From positions 64,001 through 128,000 of IMG/VR virus record IMGVR_UViG_3300037225_000932: a stretch of 64,000 nt of DNA; one strand, written 5' to 3'. The translations under genes and the position numbers were made by a program. Below, in pieces: positions 1-10,689 of this stretch (positions within the stretch are counted from its first letter, which is position 1; each line of letters starts with the position of its first letter). The notes beneath the pieces are model-generated. The model did no database searches. It was not told the DNA's origin and saw only the letters and a program-made list of their open reading frames with translations. Origin of the DNA: a virus.

Positions 1-87
1 CATAATCAGTCAAGTAAAACAGAAAATATTTTCGATAATATAAGAAGAAGAATTCATTAAGAACTGATTATTCAAAAGGAGTGTAAT

Positions 88-768
88 ATGCCAAAAGTTA
101 GAGTGTCTAAAAATTTTTCTGGTGGCCTAGTTCTTCCTGTCATAAGTAATAGATCTATTGCTCCTAATAGTATACATGTTTTAAATGAAGAAGACTTTAA
201 TCACTATACTGTTAAAATGGCTATTAAAATGGGATATTTAGTAGTAGAAGATGAAAAAAATCAGAGTAAAACAGATGTTATAAAAATTCAGAAGAAAGAA
301 GAAACGGAAAAGATTCAAGATAAAGAAACTAATCCAAATTTTATAATAGACGTTGATGAATTAAACAAAAAGACCAATATGGTATCATGGGATGCTCAAC
401 AAAAAGAACTTGTAGACAAAGAAAAAAGTATGAAATTAGTTATGGAACAAAATAATATTAAAGAGGCTAAGGGAGAAGAAGTAAAGAAAGAAGAAAAATC
501 TCAAAAAATTAAAATAAAATCTTCTAAATCTACAAAAAAAACAAGTAAACCAGTCAAAAAGGGCAAATCTATAAGTCCAGTTGGTGAAGTTAAAGAAGAA
601 ATAAAATCAGCACAAGTTGATGAGAGTATTTTATTAGACGGAAAAAATCTTCCTCCAGCAAAACCAGGTGATATCGTTTTAGAACCAACAGAAGATATTA
701 GATTTGTTGATCAGCAGCAGGAGTCAGAAAGGATTTCGCAATTAGATTCTTTAAGAAATAAGCAGTGA
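88..768 (+). CDS. hypothetical Lys/Glu-rich phage protein
   Basis: 226-aa ORF, AAGGAG RBS upstream. Confidence 0.75.
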   Translation: MPKVRVSKNFSGGLVLPVISNRSIAPNSIHVLNEEDFNHYTVKMAIKMGYLVVEDEKNQSKTDVIKIQKKEETEKIQDKETNPNFIIDVDELNKKTNMVSWDAQQKELVDKEKSMKLVMEQNNIKEAKGEEVKKEEKSQKIKIKSSKSTKKTSKPVKKGKSISPVGEVKEEIKSAQVDESILLDGKNLPPAKPGDIVLEPTEDIRFVDQQQESERISQLDSLRNKQ

Positions 769-1349
769 GATCCTTAAGGTTAAATATAAAATATAAAACA
801 TTCACTATCACACAAGAGATAATAAATGATTTTAAACAGGATTGTTCTAAAAATAGAATACCTAAAAATTTTTTATTAAAATATAATATGAAAAAATTTT
901 GTGAAGTAGGAGTATGGAGGGGATCTAATTCTGAAAAAATGATGGAAGCAAAACCAGACACATTAATCTGTGTTGATATCTGGAAAAATGAAAAATGTTA
1001 TTTACAGGCTAAAAATAAATTAGATAAATATAAAGAAATAAAATTGATAAAAAAATATTCAGTAGAAGCTTCTATGTCTTTTGTTGATAATTTTTTTGAT
1101 TATATCTATATTGACTCTGCTCACGATTATATATCTGTTAAAAATGATATAAATGCTTGGTGGCCTAAAATTAAAATAGGTGGCATATTTGGATTTCATG
1201 ATTATTGTCTTGGAGCAACCCGATATGATAAACTTGAATATGGGGTAATTAGAACGGTAAATGAGTTTGTAGAAAAGAATAATATATCAATTACACAAAT
1301 AAAAAAAGAAAAACATCCGTCATTTTTCATATTAAAAGATAAGATATAA
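765..1349 (+). CDS. class I SAM-dependent methyltransferase (Methyltransf_24-like)
   Basis: CEVGVWRG motif I, DYIYIDSAHDY, GGIFGFHDY. Confidence 0.85.
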   Translation: MRSLRLNIKYKTFTITQEIINDFKQDCSKNRIPKNFLLKYNMKKFCEVGVWRGSNSEKMMEAKPDTLICVDIWKNEKCYLQAKNKLDKYKEIKLIKKYSVEASMSFVDNFFDYIYIDSAHDYISVKNDINAWWPKIKIGGIFGFHDYCLGATRYDKLEYGVIRTVNEFVEKNNISITQIKKEKHPSFFILKDKI

Positions 1350-1384
1350 AAGGATTTTACTAAATTTTTCAGTAAAAACAACCA

Positions 1385-1954
1385 ATGAAAGAAATATTTT
1401 CTAAAAAATATAACAAGAACAAAAAAAAGAAGTTTAAAAAATACTGGAGAACATTAGAACCTAAAAAATATGTTGATTTAATGGTTGCTGAATACAATGA
1501 AGCTTTAACTAAATTAGCCAGCAATAAACTTAAAGAAGTTGTATTGTCTGCTACTCTTAGGCAGACAGAGGATGGATTTGTTTATCTAGACATATCTAAT
1601 GATATTATTCATGGAGTTTTTTCTATGATAGATATAGAAAGCGTAGAAAAACCTCCATATTTTAGTAAAAAATATAATAACGTTGGAGCACATATTTCTG
1701 TCATTTCTGATAAAGAGATAAAAGATAATAATATTAAAAAAATAAAAGAGATAGGTAAAAATATAGAGTTTAAATTAGGTAAATTTTATTCAACAAGACC
1801 TGAAGGCTGGGACGAAATGAGTGAAGTTTTTTTTATTGAAATAGAGGCTCCAGAACTTAAAAAAATAAGAAATAGTTATGGTTTACCTTTAACGTATGAA
1901 AATAAAAAACAAGAATATCACTTGACAATCGCTGTTAAGAGAAAGAAAAAATGA
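1385..1954 (+). CDS. 2H phosphoesterase-like protein
   Basis: two HxS/T motifs: AHISV and YHLTI. Confidence 0.7.
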   Translation: MKEIFSKKYNKNKKKKFKKYWRTLEPKKYVDLMVAEYNEALTKLASNKLKEVVLSATLRQTEDGFVYLDISNDIIHGVFSMIDIESVEKPPYFSKKYNNVGAHISVISDKEIKDNNIKKIKEIGKNIEFKLGKFYSTRPEGWDEMSEVFFIEIEAPELKKIRNSYGLPLTYENKKQEYHLTIAVKRKKK

Positions 1955-2769
1955 TCAAAGATACATATGATATTTTATTAAAAGAATTAAATCATCACGG
2001 AGTTAAAATATGTGACAGATTTACTTGTGAATACATATATAATGGAAAAACAATAAAAACAGACATAAAAACTAAAATTAAATTATTAAAGAAACAATTT
2101 AATGATAATTTAGAAATATTTAAAGAACTAATGTTAAAAGTTTCAATAATTATAAATAATTGTGAAACAAATTTTGTAAAAGAAAGTCCTATAGACGAAA
2201 AGAATATAAAACTTTTTATAAGTTCTATAAAAGAAACATATAGTTTATTATGTTTTATAACAGAAAATTCTAATATATTATATAAATTTTCTCAAGAAAA
2301 TAATATTTTAGAAAAAATAAGAAAATGTTTAAATGAAGATTATTTAAAGTTCTCTAAAGAAACTATACTTGTTTTACCGGATATAAAAATCTCTTTAGAT
2401 TGGATTTTTAGAAGAAATAATAAATTAGCATATATTTCAAGTCTTTTAAATATTATCATAAAATATAACAAAAAAAGAATAAGTCAAATTATTATAAAAG
2501 AAGCAAAAGGGACAGGTGGACCTTGGAGCAATTTAGATTTACCTATGCTTGAAAGATGTTTTGCGTGGGATGATATTGAAGAAGAAGTAAGGGGAAGAGA
2601 TAAAGATTTAAGAAACCAAAGAAGATATAAAATGGGATTAGAAAATTATAACAAAGCAGAAGTTGGTGAGGGATATTATTGGCGGGAAATGAGAAATGAA
2701 CCTTATTCCTGGTATAACTCGGCTGAAGATAGTCCTTATCCTCACTTAAAACCGGGAACTTGGAGATAA
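1951..2769 (+). CDS. hypothetical protein, possibly virion-associated
   Basis: 272-aa ORF overlapping the upstream stop; IIKEAK motif before a Trp-rich C-terminal segment. Confidence 0.7.
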   Translation: MIKDTYDILLKELNHHGVKICDRFTCEYIYNGKTIKTDIKTKIKLLKKQFNDNLEIFKELMLKVSIIINNCETNFVKESPIDEKNIKLFISSIKETYSLLCFITENSNILYKFSQENNILEKIRKCLNEDYLKFSKETILVLPDIKISLDWIFRRNNKLAYISSLLNIIIKYNKKRISQIIIKEAKGTGGPWSNLDLPMLERCFAWDDIEEEVRGRDKDLRNQRRYKMGLENYNKAEVGEGYYWREMRNEPYSWYNSAEDSPYPHLKPGTWR

Positions 2770-2799
2770 ATTTATTTTGCGCGAAAAGGGAATAATAGT

Positions 2800-3441
2800 A
2801 TGAAAAAATTTTCACAAAATTCAATAGTAGACTTTTTAATAGAAAACTTTCCTCAATTTAAACAAAAAAAAGAAGAAAATGTCGTAAGTTCTCTATCTGC
2901 TAATAAGCTGTTTAATATGTGGAAAAGTGGAAATGAAAAAATAAGTAATAATATTTATAATAAACCAAAAAATATGTCAAATACTGATATTGAAATGCTA
3001 CAAAAAGAAGGTTTGGTTAGTTTGATTGGAGATAAAATACAAATAACATCAAAAGGATCACAAGTAATTAAAACTATGATTTTAGGAGATGATAGATCTT
3101 CTTTTGATGATGATGGAAATGTAATTGATTATAAGTTTGCTTCTGATTATACTCAAAAACCATCTAAACTTAAAAAACAAAGTAAAAAGAACTTTGATTT
3201 ATGGTGGAAAAGGTTTGCTAACATTAGTGAAGAAAAAATAAATTTTTCACAAATAGAAGAAAAAGCAAGAAAAATGACAGAATTAGAATTATATTATGCC
3301 ATAAGAGATCTAAGAGAAGTAATAAAAATTCAAGAAAAAGCAAGCATAGAAGGAACTATGGCTACTCCAAAACTTTCTTATTATTATGATGAACTTCATA
3401 TTTATGCCGGAGAAAAGGCTAGAAGGCAAAAGAAAATATAA
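2800..3441 (+). CDS. hypothetical protein with winged-helix-like segment
   Basis: LQKEGLV...QITSKG pattern; MKKFSQ start. Confidence 0.65.
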   Translation: MKKFSQNSIVDFLIENFPQFKQKKEENVVSSLSANKLFNMWKSGNEKISNNIYNKPKNMSNTDIEMLQKEGLVSLIGDKIQITSKGSQVIKTMILGDDRSSFDDDGNVIDYKFASDYTQKPSKLKKQSKKNFDLWWKRFANISEEKINFSQIEEKARKMTELELYYAIRDLREVIKIQEKASIEGTMATPKLSYYYDELHIYAGEKARRQKKI

Positions 3442-3442
3442 T

Positions 3443-3943
3443 ATGGAAATAAAAATATATAAACCCATATCAAAATCAAAAGATATTCCTCTTAGAGATA
3501 TTTTTTGGTATGACCATTTCTATAAGAAAATGAATATATTTAATTGTCATTTTCTAAAATATAGTTATATTTTAGAAAAATACATAATTATAGACAATAA
3601 GAATTTGTCTCTAAAAGATGTAATAAATACAGTTCAAGAAACAAATAAATGCTCTAAAGGTCAAGCAGAAGATTTTGTTAAAAATAATTTTAATATTCAA
3701 GAAAAATATATGATGATAGCACAGCCTGAAATAATTAAAGATAAAAATGAGAAAATTTCACAAAGTATATCTAAATGGTATGACACTTATTCTAACTATA
3801 ATGATATTGTTTCTGAAATAGTAGATAAAGATGACATTTCTATAACTTTTGATGTTAAAGAAGATAATGTTAATGATTTTTGTTATGACTTAGAAAGAAA
3901 TAACATAAGATTTGAGACTATTGAAGATGGAGTAAAAATATGA
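3443..3943 (+). CDS. hypothetical protein
   Basis: ORF track 3386..3943; ATG at 3443 directly follows the upstream stop. Confidence 0.7.
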   Translation: MEIKIYKPISKSKDIPLRDIFWYDHFYKKMNIFNCHFLKYSYILEKYIIIDNKNLSLKDVINTVQETNKCSKGQAEDFVKNNFNIQEKYMMIAQPEIIKDKNEKISQSISKWYDTYSNYNDIVSEIVDKDDISITFDVKEDNVNDFCYDLERNNIRFETIEDGVKI

Positions 3944-4308
3944 TCAAAGTAGAAATAGCAGATAATCCTGAAAAATGGAAAGAAGGATTGATGTTCAGAA
4001 AAAGTTTAGAACACAATAATGGTATGTTATTCAAATTTGACAAACCTCAAGAGTTAAAGTTTTGGGGAGTAAATACATATATTCCATTAGATATAGCTTT
4101 TATCTCTCAAGATAATGTAATAAAGAAAATATCTAAAATAGTTCCAATGTCAACAAAATCAGTTAGCAGTGAAGAAAGATGTTTATATGCTATAGAGACA
4201 AATGTTAACTTCTTTAAAGAAAATAATATAGACATTGGAGATACTATAAATATAGAAAAAAATAAAGAAAATGAAAATATTGTTGTTTTCAATAAAAATA
4301 AAGGATAA
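3940..4308 (+). CDS. DUF192 family protein
   Basis: VEIAD...GLMFR...GMLF...FWGVNTYIPLDIAFI...YAIETN. Confidence 0.9.
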   Translation: MIKVEIADNPEKWKEGLMFRKSLEHNNGMLFKFDKPQELKFWGVNTYIPLDIAFISQDNVIKKISKIVPMSTKSVSSEERCLYAIETNVNFFKENNIDIGDTINIEKNKENENIVVFNKNKG

Positions 4309-4334
4309 TATTGCTTTTTGCGCAAAATAAATAG

Positions 4335-4877
4335 ATGAAAGTTTTTGCTACAAAAAAATACCAGAAGATATTATTAGCTCAAGAAACAGAAGAAGTTTTT
4401 AATAATATTCAAGATCCATTTGAAGAAAATGAAGAAGTAGAAAAAGAAGATAATACAAATATAAAAACTTTAACACCAGAAGATTTTAACGGTAAAGAAC
4501 AGGATGATATTGAAGAGGAAGTTAAACCTGTAGAGCCAATAGTTAAAACTAAAGAATATCCGATATTTCCTACGGTTTTTCAGGCTTTAAGATGGGCAAA
4601 ACATAATAATGAAGTTGTTAGAATAAACTATACAACTTTAAGCGGAAAAAGCATAATAAGAGATGTAGAAATAGTTGGAGATTTTTTTGCCAAAACTACT
4701 CATAGGAGAAATATAGCAGTTTGGGACCAAAATGTAAGAGACATTAGAACTTATATTTTAACAGGTATCTCTGGATATGAGTTTAAGGGAGAAAAATTTA
4801 CTCCTAAATTTAATTTTTCTCAAACAAGAAGAAACCTTAAAAGAAGGATGTTAAGACGAAAAAAGAGAAAACAATAG
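4335..4877 (+). CDS. WYL-domain protein with acidic N-terminus
   Basis: VRINYTT..G..RDVEI...WDQNVRDIRTYILTGI matches the WYL pattern. Confidence 0.7.
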   Translation: MKVFATKKYQKILLAQETEEVFNNIQDPFEENEEVEKEDNTNIKTLTPEDFNGKEQDDIEEEVKPVEPIVKTKEYPIFPTVFQALRWAKHNNEVVRINYTTLSGKSIIRDVEIVGDFFAKTTHRRNIAVWDQNVRDIRTYILTGISGYEFKGEKFTPKFNFSQTRRNLKRRMLRRKKRKQ

Positions 4878-4898
4878 AAAGAAAAAAGGATTTAACGC

Positions 4899-6623
4899 AT
4901 GGAAATTATTAAAAGTTTAACTGATATGTCTGAAGAGCTAGACTCTGCTAAATTAAATAAAATAGCAGATAAGGTAGATATTATAGCTAAAAACATAGTT
5001 ATGATAAAAACCGCACAGTTTGTTGGAATTCAAGGTTTTGCTATAAGAAACTCAAGATGTTGGGGAAATTGTTATAGACAAAAAAGAACAAAAAACAAAA
5101 ATATGCCTGCTCAAAAAGTATGGGAAGAATGTCATAAAGAATATTTAGCATCAATTAACAATGACAATAGCGGCTGGGAAAAATATGCTAAAGGATCAAA
5201 TGGGTTAACAAAATTTTCTACTAAAATTAATGAGGAAAATAAGCATTTTGCTTATTTATTAAATAATAATATTAAAAAAGGCATTCCTATTGGGCAGTCT
5301 TTTGTTTTATCAACAGAAGATACTATAGAAAAATATTCTAAACAAATAATAAGTGAAGCAGAATGTCTTATAAAAATAGCTTGTGAATTAAAAAAAGAAA
5401 ATAATATAGAATTATCAAATAAATTGATAAATATTTCTAAAGAAGTAATTAAAGAGGCTCAATTCGGAGGCTGGTGGGATAAATTAAAAGGTGGAGTTAA
5501 AAACTCTCTTTTTGGAAAGAAAAAAGTTTGGCTTAAAAACTTAGAAGATATTGCTAATAAAGTATATGAAGATGGTAATGTTTATAGGCAAAACCCAAGA
5601 GATCCAAATGCTATAAGGCAATATAATCAATCGGCATTAAGGCTTCAGAGAGCAATAGGTTCAAATTTTAATAAAATGAATGAGATGTTTGCTAATGATC
5701 CTGGTTTTACTCCAATATCTTCAGCAATGAAAAATTTTGCCACACTTAAACCTGGAGATTCAAGAGTAAGACAATTAAATGAGCTTTTAGGGACTATAAG
5801 ACAATATCAGTCCAAACAAATACCTATTTCTTCACCCCCACCTGTGGCTGGTCCTCCCCAGCCAATGGCTAGTCCTCCATCACCCGCAACCTCTCCAGTT
5901 CCACAGACTGATGAGAATGCTTTGACTACAGAAGAAGAGGGAAGATTAGGACAGGAAGTTCCAGGGGCAGCGACCGCAGGTCCTACTGGATTGCCTCAAG
6001 GAAATACCCAATACACTCCAGAACAAAAAGAAATGATTAAAAGTAATAAAAAAGCTGTTTTCGAGGCAATAATGAATTGGGGCACAGCAAAATCTATATT
6101 ACTAGAACAACTAAGACAATTAGGATATGTTCCGTCTGCCACAACTGCATCAAATAAAAATAAAATAAAGAAGGCAGCGGTGGAGGCTCAAAGAATGCTT
6201 CCTATAATGGAACAAAATCCACAAGAGTTTGTTAAAGAGTTTCTTTCTGGTGTTAATATTGAAAAATTAGTAGAATATCTTAACACACAATCTGGATATA
6301 GATTAGCTTTATCTCCAGAAGCAAAGGCAAAAAAAGATAAACAAAGAGAAATAGATACTGAAACTGTCAATATTGTTGCCCCAGAGAACCTCGCAACACA
6401 AGTAGAAGAAGCCAAAAAAATAGTAAACACTTTAACTCTAGAAGAGAGTCAAAAGTTAGGACCTGAATTATTAGCTCTTCTTAATAAGGCAAATGAAATA
6501 AGAAAGCCTCAAGGAGAATATTATTCTGGTCCATCTACGGGACAAAACGTTCCAGGCCAAGGAGAGATAACTGGCTTACAAGGAAGAGTTGCTAAAGTGA
6601 AAAATTATTTTCAAATAAAATAA
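4899..6623 (+). CDS. putative internal head protein
   Basis: 574 aa in head cluster; IKTAQ, IKEAQ motifs; Pro-rich linker. Confidence 0.6.
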   Translation: MEIIKSLTDMSEELDSAKLNKIADKVDIIAKNIVMIKTAQFVGIQGFAIRNSRCWGNCYRQKRTKNKNMPAQKVWEECHKEYLASINNDNSGWEKYAKGSNGLTKFSTKINEENKHFAYLLNNNIKKGIPIGQSFVLSTEDTIEKYSKQIISEAECLIKIACELKKENNIELSNKLINISKEVIKEAQFGGWWDKLKGGVKNSLFGKKKVWLKNLEDIANKVYEDGNVYRQNPRDPNAIRQYNQSALRLQRAIGSNFNKMNEMFANDPGFTPISSAMKNFATLKPGDSRVRQLNELLGTIRQYQSKQIPISSPPPVAGPPQPMASPPSPATSPVPQTDENALTTEEEGRLGQEVPGAATAGPTGLPQGNTQYTPEQKEMIKSNKKAVFEAIMNWGTAKSILLEQLRQLGYVPSATTASNKNKIKKAAVEAQRMLPIMEQNPQEFVKEFLSGVNIEKLVEYLNTQSGYRLALSPEAKAKKDKQREIDTETVNIVAPENLATQVEEAKKIVNTLTLEESQKLGPELLALLNKANEIRKPQGEYYSGPSTGQNVPGQGEITGLQGRVAKVKNYFQIK

Positions 6624-6691
6624 AAGGACTTTTTAATAAATATTAGAAAGAGAATAAATCCTAAAGATTCTTTAATAACAGGAGAAAAACA

Positions 6692-7210
6692 ATGACCGTT
6701 AAGTTAATGACAAGCCAAATTAAGTTAGGACACACTTCAGGATTAGAAGAAATAACTAGAAGGGTTTTAGGAGAGAGTAACGAACAACTCGTTAAGACTG
6801 CTTCTAAAGAAGAAGTTAAAATAGCAGATGCCGTAGAGAAGAAAGACCAAGGTAAACCTAGTGGACAGCCTCAATGGGAAGGTAAGAAAGAAAATGTAAA
6901 TTGCCCCGAAAAATGTGATGGAAAGAAACCAGCAGTAAAAAAAGAAGAAAAGAAAGAAACTAAAGTAGAAGAAAATAAAGATACTAAAAAAGAAGCAAAA
7001 GTAGAAGACAAGAAAGATAAAAAGGAAGAAGAGAAAAAAGATGACAAGAAAATGGAAACAAAAAAAGATGAAGAGAAAAAATGCGCTTCTAATTCTCGTA
7101 ATTTCGTAAAAATAGCAAAATTAAACGAAAAAACAAGATCAATGTTAAAAGCGTATTGGACTACATTATATCCTGCTGAATATGTAGAAGCAATGCTTGC
7201 TGAAAAATAA
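6692..7210 (+). CDS. putative head-associated protein
   Basis: AGGAG RBS; LVKTAS, FVKIAK motifs; charged middle. Confidence 0.65.
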   Translation: MTVKLMTSQIKLGHTSGLEEITRRVLGESNEQLVKTASKEEVKIADAVEKKDQGKPSGQPQWEGKKENVNCPEKCDGKKPAVKKEEKKETKVEENKDTKKEAKVEDKKDKKEEEKKDDKKMETKKDEEKKCASNSRNFVKIAKLNEKTRSMLKAYWTTLYPAEYVEAMLAEK

Positions 7211-7243
7211 TTCTATTTAATTTTATTTTCAGGAGGAAATAAT

Positions 7244-7963
7244 ATGGCTATTGTTCCAAGTGGGACAAGGAAAATAATGATCGCTCAAACTTTTGGAGCA
7301 GAAATGCCTCCGACCAATTTTGGTGCATTTGTCCCTACTGGTTCACCTAAAGAGACAGGGACTAGCGCGGAAGAGGTTCCTAAAAGTCTTGACGAAATAA
7401 AACTTCCAAAACCTAAAGGGTCAGACAATAAAGAAAACAAAGGTTTTGGAGATCTTATGGGGCAGCAACAAAAAAGCGATACAGCAACAGATTTAACTGA
7501 ATATGTTTTTAATAAACTTGAAAATTTCGGATATCCTCCAAGAAGATTAGAACAGTTTGAAGATGAATTTGTTCATGAAAAAATATTTCCAGGAGGAGTT
7601 AGAGAGGTAACTATAGTTATTCCAGATAGATATTATGCTATGAGGAAAAGGCTGTCTGATGCTGATTTTTCAGAAATAATTAAAGATATTCAAGAGAAAT
7701 ATAGTTTAAATTTTGTTGATGCTGAAAGAAAAGATAAAAAAATTAGTATGAATTTTACTTCTCAAAAGTCTCAAAGTGAAAATGAAGAACAGCCAGAAAA
7801 TTTTGGAGATGATGGTCTTGAGGATATTTATGGACCAGTTCAATCTAAGAGTAATGCTCCTAAACAGAAACAAAAAGTTACAGCAAAAACCATGAACGAA
7901 ATGATAAAATTAGGACGAGATATACTGTATGAAGCAATAATAAAAACGGAGAAAAATAAATGA
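7244..7963 (+). CDS. hypothetical protein (head cluster)
   Basis: AGGAGG RBS; 239 aa. Confidence 0.7.
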   Translation: MAIVPSGTRKIMIAQTFGAEMPPTNFGAFVPTGSPKETGTSAEEVPKSLDEIKLPKPKGSDNKENKGFGDLMGQQQKSDTATDLTEYVFNKLENFGYPPRRLEQFEDEFVHEKIFPGGVREVTIVIPDRYYAMRKRLSDADFSEIIKDIQEKYSLNFVDAERKDKKISMNFTSQKSQSENEEQPENFGDDGLEDIYGPVQSKSNAPKQKQKVTAKTMNEMIKLGRDILYEAIIKTEKNK

Positions 7964-8628
7964 TCCAAAAAATGTCAGACCAACATAAAATAAAAACTAT
8001 TCCTCTTTTTGGTAAAGAAGAAGCAACAAAAGAAACAATAGTAAAAGTTGATAATAAAATTATTAAAGATAGTCTGTATGAGTCTAAATCAAAAAAAATG
8101 GATAATTCAGAAGCTATTAACCACAGAGGATCAGGAGTTATATTGTCTACTGGAGGCGGAAAAATAAAAGACACTGGTGGCCCAAATAAATATATAGGAT
8201 CAGAAACTAATAATAGTATATGGGATTCTTCTGTAATAGAGAAATTAATTCAAAAGAAAGATAACGGAGAAAAAATTAAAGAAACTAATAACGATATACA
8301 AAAAGTAAGAAATAGTATAAAACAAGAATCTTTAGATCATCTTGCTGAATCTCTTCGAGAAACAGATACCAGAAAAAACTCTACGATAACAAGTGTGGGA
8401 GAATATTCTGGTGGAACTTATAAATCTTCCAAATCAAATATAAGTATATTTGATAATGAAGCATTTGGTAGGCTATCAGAAAAATCAGAAGGAGAAAAGC
8501 TTTCTGATGAAATAAATAAACCAAAACAAAAAGATGAATCTTGGAAAAATAATTTTGGCACAAAGAAAACATCAAACTTAATAAATAGTTTGTTTGATAA
8601 TCCTTCTTCTAAGGAAAATGAAAAATGA
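7960..8628 (+). CDS. hypothetical protein (head cluster)
   Basis: ATGA overlaps with both neighbours; 222 aa. Confidence 0.7.
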   Translation: MIQKMSDQHKIKTIPLFGKEEATKETIVKVDNKIIKDSLYESKSKKMDNSEAINHRGSGVILSTGGGKIKDTGGPNKYIGSETNNSIWDSSVIEKLIQKKDNGEKIKETNNDIQKVRNSIKQESLDHLAESLRETDTRKNSTITSVGEYSGGTYKSSKSNISIFDNEAFGRLSEKSEGEKLSDEINKPKQKDESWKNNFGTKKTSNLINSLFDNPSSKENEK

Positions 8629-10283
8629 GAAAAAGTTCTCAAACCGTAAATACAGGTCTTGATCAATTAAAAGAAATTTTAAATGAAGCTAAGATATTAG
8701 GTATTAATATGCCTCCAGAATTACAAAAGCCAGGAACAGATCCGCAATTAGTTTTAACATATTTGAGAACTTTTTCTCAAGACGCAGGAAAAGCTACTAC
8801 TTTATTACAAAAAGTAAATGATTTTGCCGAAAGAGAGGTCGTAAACAGACAGAGAGAAGTTACAGAAACACAAGGAGCACAATCAGCTACACAAGGAGCA
8901 CAATCAGCTACACAAGGGGCACAGTCAGCAACAACAGCTAAAATTAAAAAATTTAATCTAAAACAGGCACAATCTCCTTTTGATATGACCACTCAAGATA
9001 CTACTCCTATTACAGATGAAACTTCAGAAAAAAGAACTTTTAATAGTATAGTAGATCTAGTATCCTTTTTAGATGGCACTGATATGAATAATGCTAGAGC
9101 AGAATTATTTAAAGTTATAGACGAAAGTAAACAGCAACAGGTGGCAGATATATTAGGACAATATTATGAAAAAGATTGGACAAGAGTTGATGATGCTGAA
9201 ACTAAAAAAATTAACTCTAAAGGAATGAAGTTTATTTGGGATGCTATCGTTTCAACTGCCAAATCTGAAACGGCTCAACTTGGAAATGTAGAAGGAGCAC
9301 AATTTAAAGAAACAGAAATAACTTCTTTTGTAAGTGATGTAAATAATTCTCTTAAAAAATTAGCCTATGAGTCAGTTAAAAACGAAAATAAACCTTTTAA
9401 TCTTAAAAAAGAAGCACAAGCTAAAACTACTGAAAATATAATTATGTATGGTCCTTCAGAAAAAAGATATGATGCCTTCCTGAGACAACCTATATCTGAT
9501 TGGCATATTGTAGAAAGAAATAAAGGTTTTGGACTAGTAGTAGATGATGCTTGGAATATAGACTGGGAAGCAATTTGGCGTGGTAATGTAATGGACAAAT
9601 ATTCAAGACCATACAGAGACACTAAAACTGGAGAATGGATTGGTGGTTATATCCAAAAGAGATTTGAAGTAGATAAGTGGATTCCAGCCCAAAATAATCT
9701 ACAATTGCTTCCTGGAGAACTTAGAAAACCTCTTATACCAGAAAGAGGTATAATTGAGGGCAGACTAGAAGCAATGAGACAAAAAGAAGGTAAAAAGAAA
9801 GGTTTTGAACCAGATTCTAGTGGTAAACCTTATTATTGGAATGGTGAGCCAGAATATGCGCAAACTAAAATAGCAACATTTAATCTAAAAAAATCAGCAC
9901 AAATTTGGCCGTTTAAGAAAAAAGAAAATTCAATACCTTCTTCACCAACAAAAACTGTTCAACAAGAAGATCCGGGCTGGAAGTTTAATTCACTACAGGT
10001 CTATCCTAACGATAGAAGTCATTTTAGAGTGTATGAGCTTCCAATAGAAGGAATAGATAAAAATGTAAATAAAGCACAATTCTCAGTAATAGAAGCAGGA
10101 AAGGATCCTAATGATGGAACTATATTTGAAGCACTTATTCACGGAGGATATTCAGACGCACTTTCGGCGGCGACGAGATTTGCTAGATCCCAAAATGAAA
10201 AAGTAAAATTAAAAGACTTAGGACCGTATGCTAGTTCTAAAGTAGAAACAAAGACATCAGATCTAAAAAAAAAAGTAGCATAA
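8625..10283 (+). CDS. putative internal head protein
   Basis: 552 aa; three FNLK..AQ motifs; ends just after an A10 run. Confidence 0.7.
   Translation: MRKSSQTVNTGLDQLKEILNEAKILGINMPPELQKPGTDPQLVLTYLRTFSQDAGKATTLLQKVNDFAEREVVNRQREVTETQGAQSATQGAQSATQGAQSATTAKIKKFNLKQAQSPFDMTTQDTTPITDETSEKRTFNSIVDLVSFLDGTDMNNARAELFKVIDESKQQQVADILGQYYEKDWTRVDDAETKKINSKGMKFIWDAIVSTAKSETAQLGNVEGAQFKETEITSFVSDVNNSLKKLAYESVKNENKPFNLKKEAQAKTTENIIMYGPSEKRYDAFLRQPISDWHIVERNKGFGLVVDDAWNIDWEAIWRGNVMDKYSRPYRDTKTGEWIGGYIQKRFEVDKWIPAQNNLQLLPGELRKPLIPERGIIEGRLEAMRQKEGKKKGFEPDSSGKPYYWNGEPEYAQTKIATFNLKKSAQIWPFKKKENSIPSSPTKTVQQEDPGWKFNSLQVYPNDRSHFRVYELPIEGIDKNVNKAQFSVIEAGKDPNDGTIFEALIHGGYSDALSAATRFARSQNEKVKLKDLGPYASSKVETKTSDLKKKVA
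8868..8930 (+). repeat. 21-bp tandem repeat x3 encoding TQGAQSA
   Basis: acacaaggagcacaatcagct, third copy degenerate. Confidence 0.9.
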
Positions 10284-10678
10284 AAGAAAGCGATCTAAAA
10301 GAACCAAGAAGACCAAAAGGTAGTTCTTATTTTGATGGAAAACCATTGGCTCAATCTTGGGTTTGTTTACAGTGCGGGGGAAGAGCATCTCAAAATGGTT
10401 GTGAAAATTGCGGATCAAAGAATGTAAGAAATATGGGGGCACAACCTCCTATCGCAGATACTAAATTAAAACATAATCAACCAATGATACAAAAATCTCC
10501 TGAATTTATTCAGCAGAATAATCCAATGTATACTACTGCTAAGAAAAAAGAACAACCACCATTAGGTGGAGTATATAAATCAGATGAGATTAAAATGATA
10601 AATAATGAAGAATTTGATGAATATTCCGATATAAATGATATAGATAATACAGCAAATGATTTAGAGATAGATGGATAA
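10274..10678 (+). CDS. Zn-ribbon-containing -1 frame extension of 8625..10283
   Basis: -1 frame is open from the A10 run into ORF 10346..10678 (CxxC..CxxC), whose TTG start has no clear RBS. Confidence 0.55.
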   Translation, partial: SSIKESDLKEPRRPKGSSYFDGKPLAQSWVCLQCGGRASQNGCENCGSKNVRNMGAQPPIADTKLKHNQPMIQKSPEFIQQNNPMYTTAKKKEQPPLGGVYKSDEIKMINNEEFDEYSDINDIDNTANDLEIDG

Positions 10679-10689
10679 AGGAAAAGTAA

